The notes beneath the pieces were generated by a model, which saw only the letters and a program-made list of their open reading frames with translations, was not told the origin of the DNA and did not search any database. A program made the position numbers and the translations under genes. Below are positions 59,877 through 64,000 of a stretch of DNA of 64,000 nt, one piece after another; positions within the stretch are counted from its first letter, which is position 1; every line of letters starts with the position of its first letter. This DNA comes from Veleropilina oligotropha (lineage: Eukaryota). The stretch lies in NCBI GenBank assembly GCA_048128005.1, contig JBEUKZ010000066.1, positions 124,001-188,000 of the forward strand. The letters are read 5' to 3'.

Positions 59877-61515
59877 TCCATTTCATGAAATTTATCCAGT
59901 TGGTAATTAGTGCATTTTAAAACAATTGTATGCATATATGCAGTACACTACTGAAATTGCCAGATTGTTAATTAAAATTTTTCCAATACCGCATACTATA
60001 GATAAGATTCTAAATAGAAGTGCATGTGAATTTCTTTCATTTAGTGAAATGAAATGGTAGAGAATGTTTCATGATTTAGAGTATTGTTATCCCATCGGTT
60101 TTGAAAAAAGGATGGGATTATGTCGTCACGTAGTCCGTCCGTCCATCCATCTGTCCGTATAGACGACGTGAACACGATATCAGGAAACCCGTACCAGCTA
60201 GGGAATTCAAATTTGGTATGCAGGTTTATTGGGACATAAACTAGGTTGCTATTGAATTTCAGATTATTCTGCCAAATATTGGCACAGTTATCCCCCTTTT
60301 TCAACAAACTTTCCTTTTCGGACGACGTGAACATCATATAAGGAAAACGGTAACAGCTAGGGAATTAAAATTTTGGTATGCAGGTTTATTGGGACATAAC
60401 CTAGGTTGCTATTGAATTTCAGATTATTCCGCCAAATATTTGCAACATAAACATAAATATTTATATTATTTTGCGACGGTTATGTGCGGTTAATGCAGTT
60501 AATTTTAATAGTTAAATGGGTTATCTACCACACGTATATATGTTCAATAATAACAGCAGTATGGAATTAAAATGCAGATGCAAATATGTATTCTTGTACA
60601 TGTACTTTCTAAATTACTTGTTTGTCAAGAGACTTGATTTTTTAGCATGACGAAAATTATGAACTGTCGTTCATTATCCCAAGAAGCGTCTGGTAACGTT
60701 AGTTATACGTTCGCTACTATTGAACTCACCCTTGATCTCCTAATATTCATCATTATTTAAGTGATTTTATTTGATGATAAGCCCATTACTATACGTAAAA
60801 CATAGTTAATGTGCGCATATATGAAATAACGGTATTGCATGGAGCCCCTAGCGTCCGGGTAAAAATACAGTTTAGAGGCTATATTTTCTGGAAAAATGCT
60901 AAAAAAACCTTGATCTTTATCCGTTGACATTGACCGTTTGATAAAAACTCCCCGGGGTCGCCAGTCTTACACCCATCAACTTTGAAGGCAATCGGGTCGA
61001 CGGTTCTCAAGATAGTTGAAGGACAAACAAACAAATAAACAGAGATTTGTGGAATTAATAGAAGGACAATCAATTGTTCATATCAGGGAATAAGGGTATA
61101 TGTACATGACTAACGTCATCAAGGCAGAACATGCAGTGGATATGTACAGAAGCAAGATAATGTTCTGTATGCATCTGTTGTTCATTGATTGCATAGTGGG
61201 TACTGTGACTGTACAATTGTATTACAATCAAACAGTTGTACATACATGCATCATGTATTGAAATCCTTGTTCAATATTGCATGACACACATTGGTTATTT
61301 TGTCTGATGTAGTTAGTCCGTCAGACTGGCAGTAAGTATTCTTTATATCGATCCATTTGTATAAGCTTCTATGAATCTACCTGGTGACATCTTTTATCGA
61401 AAATCAGTGAAGCCAACCCCGTCTCGTATGGTCTCGGTGTTTGTGTGACCGAGATTAGCGGATTATTGGTGATAATTACTTGACTGCCTCTGACCTAGGC
61501 TTAATTTCATTTCAG

Positions 61516-61669
61516 GGTGTGAGAAATGGCACCGGTGATTCGCCACCATTGAAGGCACACCAAACGTGGACGACGGACGAGGGATTCAGCCAGAACGAAG
61601 CGAAAAAGCCACTCAAAAGCAAGCGAACTACCCACACCGGGGTGCCCACGCAGGAGGAGAATGCTGACA
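61516..61669 (+). CDS. TOGARAM1: Candidate TOGARAM1 exon 2 (disordered linker)
   Basis: tttcatttcAG acceptor, GC-richer open frame in phase 0 with exon 1, donor A|GTAGGT (phase 1). Confidence 0.55.
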
Positions 61670-62413
61670 GTAGGTGTTATTAGGCCAGTTGTGATTAAAA
61701 ACCAGAGGTAAAAGACCCAGTTACCATAAAACTTCATGACCTAAAGATTGTTATGTAATGCATAGCCAGTCATGCTAGTAGGTGTTATTAGGCCGGTTGT
61801 ATTTCTTGTCCCGGTAGTGACTACATGCCAGAAATAATAGACCCAGGTACCATAAAACTTCATTACCTAAAGATGATCATGTACCACATAGCCAGTCATG
61901 CATGATGCCAGTACGTGTTATTAGGCCGGTCGTATTTCTCGTCCAGAGATATTGATAATAGATCCAGGTACCATAAAACTTCATTACATAAAGATGGTCG
62001 TATACTTACAAGTCCAGTCATGCAATGAGAAAAACAATACTGTAAATCGCATATTAAATTCATATGTTGCATGGTAATATGGACATCTGTTACATGCACT
62101 CTATAAGTAGTTATTAGATCTTATACTGTAAATATTATAAATGAAGACATCAATTCTTATGTCAGCCCATTGCGAATGATGGTAGCCTGTTACCGTATTA
62201 ATTAATATATAATTGCTGTCCCATTTTATGGTTACTAATTGGCATCTTTTTTACCAGAATTGTATAATAACATGCATCACAGATTTATTTTCCTATATTA
62301 TATGTAGCTGAACATGTAATTTTGAAGTCTTAAGAGCATCTAATTGATCAATGTGTCGATGAAGGCTCCAAACCATCACCTTTACATAATAAGCTTCCTT
62401 TTTACGTCTTCAG

Positions 62414-62527
62414 ACTTGTACAAACCGCACCTAAATAGAATAAAGCGGCAGCAGCAACAGAATCCGTCCAGCAGTCGTTTAGCGAACACGCTTGTGAACC
62501 TCGACATCGATGACACGTCCGATAGAG
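62414..62527 (+). CDS. TOGARAM1: Candidate TOGARAM1 exon 3
   Basis: ttttacgtcttcAG acceptor, open in phase 1 (LYKPHLNRIKRQQQQ...DDTSDR), donor G|GTAAGG. Confidence 0.55.
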
Positions 62528-62591
62528 GTAAGGCCCTATACACATCAGTACCATATACCCATGCAGTGAGTGCCTATACCCTTCTGTACCC

Positions 62592-63432
62592 CAGGGTTCT
62601 GCCCAGAAAATCATGGGTGCCGGGTGGGAATATATTGAGTGCCTGGGTGGGAAAATCTTGAGTGCCTGGGTGGTAAAATAGTAGTGCCGGGGTGGTAAAA
62701 TAGTAGTGCCGGGTGGTAAATGAAAATGAGTAAAATGTACACCTAAGTAGAAAATATGCTAGGAATATTTAAATCGATAACAATACTTATCACATGACAA
62801 AGCTGTTATGGAACGGTAGAAGCCGTTCCATAAATTTCGATACAAAAAGACACGTCACATAAGTATGCAAATGTGGGCGAGCATGACGGCCGATCATCGC
62901 ATCTGGCGCCAAGTTGATTAGGCAGCGCATCACCCTCATTAACATATTGAATAATTCATACGCGTTGACTCGTCGATTACTGACGTTGAACGTGGCGCGT
63001 GCTTTCGAGGCGTGATGCGTCTGAGGCAATGGCAATTTATGGCTGAAAGTCCTGACAGAAATTAGTTTTAAAACGTAAAGAAATGTGTTTAAAATCGCAA
63101 TAAAATAAGTTTAAAGGTAAATATTCATGTGATAAGGAAGATATGAAACTTGTGTCCATTTCATATGAGAATTATGAAGCTCGTCAGCAAATTTATGTTT
63201 TGTGCCCGACTCGTTTCATAATTCTCATATGGAATGGACACTCGTTCGATATCCTCTATATTCGGCATCTTTTGTTACATTTGCTATATTAAAATGTCCA
63301 AATTCAATGTAAAAGCAAAAAAAAAAAAAAAAAAAAAAAAAAATTGGTTGGCGGCAGGTCTCGAGTGCCAGGCGGCGAGTCATGAGTGCCGGGTACATGC
63401 ACCCTCTGCCGCCCACCATGGGCAGAACCCTG
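62592..63432. mobile_element. MITE with CAGGGTTCTGCCCA TIRs and a perfect 6-bp TSD GTACCC
   Basis: GTACCC|CAGGGTTCTGCCCA...TGGGCAGAACCCTG|GTACCC. Confidence 0.9.
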
Positions 63433-64000
63433 GTACCCTGGTAACCCTTTACCAGCAGGTGTTCACCTCAACCTCTCCTCTTCAGAATGCAATGGTTCAC
63501 TCAATCTGCTTTGTCATGCTGATCATTCTTGCAATTATTTTATATGAACGACTTTGTCCATTGATTTATATTTGTAAATGTATTGTGCAGTGTCCTTTAT
63601 GAAGGGAAAGCGATTAAAAGACGTATAGTCTCCCAAATGCATTTTCTGAACATTGCAAATGTGTGAAATTTTGATTTTAGATATATATATATGCACTTGA
63701 TCTGTTGGTATTCCGAGCAAAATGAAAACATGAATCTAGTCTCGGTTGATTGGATATAGCTTTGGTTGACTGTCAATAATGCATTCTGTGCTGTTGTCAA
63801 TCCTAACAAGATTCAACGAACATTCCATAAATTGAACATTTTGTGATTATTTAATACTACGCAATTCAACCCTTATCCCACTGAAAAAATATTTCTCATA
63901 ATGTAATGCAACTATTGTCAGAATCAGTGGGCTTAGGGTTAATTAATACAATTAGGCCATAGTTTTGTTAAGATTTTACACTTTTGGTGATGTTGCAAAA

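Overview
AT-rich, repeat-dense animal genomic DNA; the repeat families look mollusc-like, which is an inference. The host gene is TOGARAM1/crescerin (che-12 family). It has a ~1.9-kb first coding exon (8860-10794), an upstream RFX X-box-like motif, and two phase-compatible candidate downstream exons (61516-61669, 62414-62527), implying a ~50.7-kb first intron. That intron holds the main find: a complete 17.0-kb GC-rich endogenous Polinton-like DNA virus (34962-51960) with AGCAGCAG...CTGCTGCT inverted termini and a GTTGC target duplication. It encodes an RVE integrase, a packaging ATPase, putative major and minor capsid proteins, many small membrane proteins (one with adjacent PSAP and LYPxL late-domain-like motifs), and no recognisable canonical pPolB or adenain. 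In their place is a ~1100-codon frame joining an OTU-like protease, a PolB palm without a recognisable exonuclease, an SF1B helicase and an HNH-like module. Several viral genes are broken by a SINE, a MITE, frameshifts and one in-frame stop. The rest of the window holds a 3.1-kb foldback element just upstream of the promoter, nested CAG-ended MITEs with 5- or 6-bp TSDs, Helentron-like elements, tRNA-derived SINEs, a Crypton-like recombinase relic, a LINE 3' fragment and tandem repeats. All protein assignments come from motif recognition by eye, with no database searches.
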